Source of the DNA: Rhina ancylostomus
Taxonomy: Eukaryota
Assembly: GCA_030265395.1 (NCBI GenBank)
Contig: JARFYF010000104.1
Coordinates: 79,498,013 to 79,562,012 of the forward strand
Length of the DNA stretch: 64,000 nucleotides
Direction of reading: 5' to 3'
Part shown: one piece after another, positions 61,984 to 64,000 of the stretch
Layout of the letters: every line of letters starts with the position of its first letter
Numbering within the stretch: the first letter of the stretch is position 1
Notes under the pieces: model-generated
Told to the model about the DNA's origin: nothing
The model's input: only the letters and a program-made list of their open reading frames with translations
Databases searched by the model: none
Position numbers and translations under genes: made by a program

Positions 61984-63929
61984 CTAAGAGATCAAAAAAA
62001 AAGGTCAGGTTTATATAGTCTTCAATTACCATCATATCAGTAAGAACAAAGCAATGCTGGAGTTGCACTTTCACTAAGATCGGTGAGGTTGGGATCAAAG
62101 CTCCTGACAATAACCTGAGTAATTGACAAATCAGAGTACTAAGCCATACTGTCAAAGTACAAATCTGAGCTATGGTATCCTAAATTAAAACTTCAATGAC
62201 AGTTACAGGTCCAAGTACCTGAAAATCATCCTCCTTGCATCATAGTGACTAGGGTTAAGTGCGTTATAGTGACTAAAATCAATGGAACTGAATTTGAAAG
62301 GAAGATAGATTGTGCAGTTGCTACTAAAAGCTCTGCTCCGTCTACCAACTAGGAATGAACTTTTATACACCTGGAAATAATCCTTCCCTCTTAATAAGAC
62401 ATGCAGACCAACTTTTGGGACCTCATTTATTATTATGCTTATAGTGCCATTCCTCATCTTCAGGCACTTAATGGAAGAGACTGGAAATGGCTTTGAAGGA
62501 TGAGTTTAAGTTGCTTTCGGTTGAGGAGGAGAACTTTGGACTAATTCTTCTTAGTGCAAGGGGTTAAGAGTCTTAACAGCAATCAGAATGACAATGGTAG
62601 GTACACAAATGCTGCCATCTTACAGGACAGCAGATTAGTGCCTGATGGAGTCACTTGCTGTCACTGTCCTGGGATAGTGTCTCATCAAATCCAGCCACTA
62701 TTTTGGAGGTCAGATTGTTGGAATGCGGCATCACTCAGTAAGTCTCTTTGTTTTCTACCTTAAAACAATGAGACCAACAGTTTTGCGATAGCAGCAATAT
62801 GAGCATGCAACATAGCAAACCCTGAAACACACACTGCTGAATACTGCAGGGCTCCTTCAGAGATTCAAATTTCCACTGTAGCACCCAGATGCTGGATGGC
62901 TTCTGTTTGTGTTCCAGCAGAAACTGAGACTTTAGTCAGCAGAGGGTATATTATGGTGTGCTCATGCAATTCCCCCAACTAAGATGCTTTCAGGTTAAGA
63001 TTGGCTTTAACTGGCACCTGCCACAGACACAATGGAGTCCTAGTGATAATATGCCCATNNNNNNNNNNAGTGCTGGTTACATCCCATTATAATAAGGTGG
63101 TAGCACATGTCATGAACTGTCTGTACTGAAAGAACAGGTGTAAATTAATTGTTCTTTGCTATTCTTGCATCCATTTAGAGAATTATCCACTTTGGCACCC
63201 ATAATATTTTTACAATAGCTTTTAAGGATGAAGTGGTTTAACAAATCCATACTTTGTGCAGTCTTAATTTTAAAGAATGCTTGGTAGGGAGCAATACTTT
63301 CCATTTAGAAAACAGTTTTTCTTCNNNNNNNNNNNNNNNNNNNNNNNNNNNNNNNNNNNNNNNNNNNNNNNNNNNNNNNNNNNNNNNNNNNNNNNNNNNN
63401 NNNNNNNNNNNNNNNNNNNNNNNNNNNNNNNNNNNNNNNNNNNNNNNNNNNNNNNNNNNNNNNNNNNNNNNNNNNNNNNNNNNNNNNNNNNNNNNNNNNN
63501 NNNNNNNNNNNNNNNNNNNNNNNNNNNNNNNNNNNNNNNNNNNNNNNNNNNNNNNNNNNNNNNNNNNNNNNNNNNNNNNNNNNNNNNNNNNNNNNNNNNN
63601 NNNNNNNNNNNNNNNNNNNNNNNNNNNNNNNNNNNNNNNNNNNNNNNNNNNNNNNNNNNNNNNNNNNNNNNNNNNNNNNNNNNNNNNNNNNNNNNNNNNN
63701 NNNNNNNNNNNNNNNNNNNNNNNNNNNNNNNNNNNNNNNNNNNNNNNNNNNNNNNNNNNNNNNNNNNNNNNNNNNNNNNNNNNNNNNNNNNNNNNNNNNN
63801 NNNNNNNNNNGATGGGAAATAATACTTTAATAAACAGAATGGAAGATATTATTATCAATGAAGGAAAACAATAATGGGTAAAAATTCAAAATTATTTCTT
63901 CAGAAATAAAAAGATGTTAGGTGTACTAA

Positions 63930-64000
63930 CTACAAGACCATAAGATCTAGGGGCAGGTTTAGGTCATTTGGCCCATTGAATCTGCTCTACCATTCAATCA
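63930..64000 (-). mobile_element. CR1-type LINE tail (runs off the window)
   Basis: acaagaccataagatctaggggcagg..taggtcatttggcccattgaatctgctctaccattcaatca. Confidence 0.7.

Noticed and set aside
61984-64000. Penultimate SNX24 exon (SHQPV...DPY)
   Set aside because: No matching codon pattern was seen. It is likely in the 63325-63810 gap or beyond the window.
1-64000. CRISPR arrays, operons, prokaryotic defence systems
   Set aside because: The sequence is intron-rich vertebrate DNA with no regularly spaced repeat-spacer array or dense ORF clusters.

Overview
Vertebrate genomic DNA, most likely a cartilaginous fish (ray/shark-type V-SINE, CR1, Rex1, Deu-SINE and Harbinger repeats; species not determinable from the sequence). 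Three conserved genes are recognisable by translation, in the same relative order and orientation I recall for mammals. (1) The 5' part of PRDM6 (minus strand; two coding exons at 37280-37760 and 31407-31711, followed by a >31 kb intron that fills the left half of the window). (2) PPIC/cyclophilin C (plus strand; exons 1, 2, 3 and 5 visible, exon 4 most likely hidden in the ~1 kb N gap at 57772-58770). (3) The last coding exon of SNX24 (minus strand, 61913-61983), convergent with PPIC. The PRDM6 5' end lies in a ~13 kb AT-rich but CpG-retaining, transposon-poor domain, whereas the long intron is a nested stack of decayed LINEs, SINEs, LTR and DNA transposons. I found no convincing new biological system. 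The most interesting observations are a V-SINE body carrying three interchangeable tails (one resembling the Rex1 LINE tail in the same window), substitutions at conserved PPIC and PRDM6 positions, a perfect 16-bp hairpin in PPIC intron 1, and possibly overlapping PPIC/SNX24 3' ends. Repeat boundaries are approximate and repeat family names come from recall, not from a database search.
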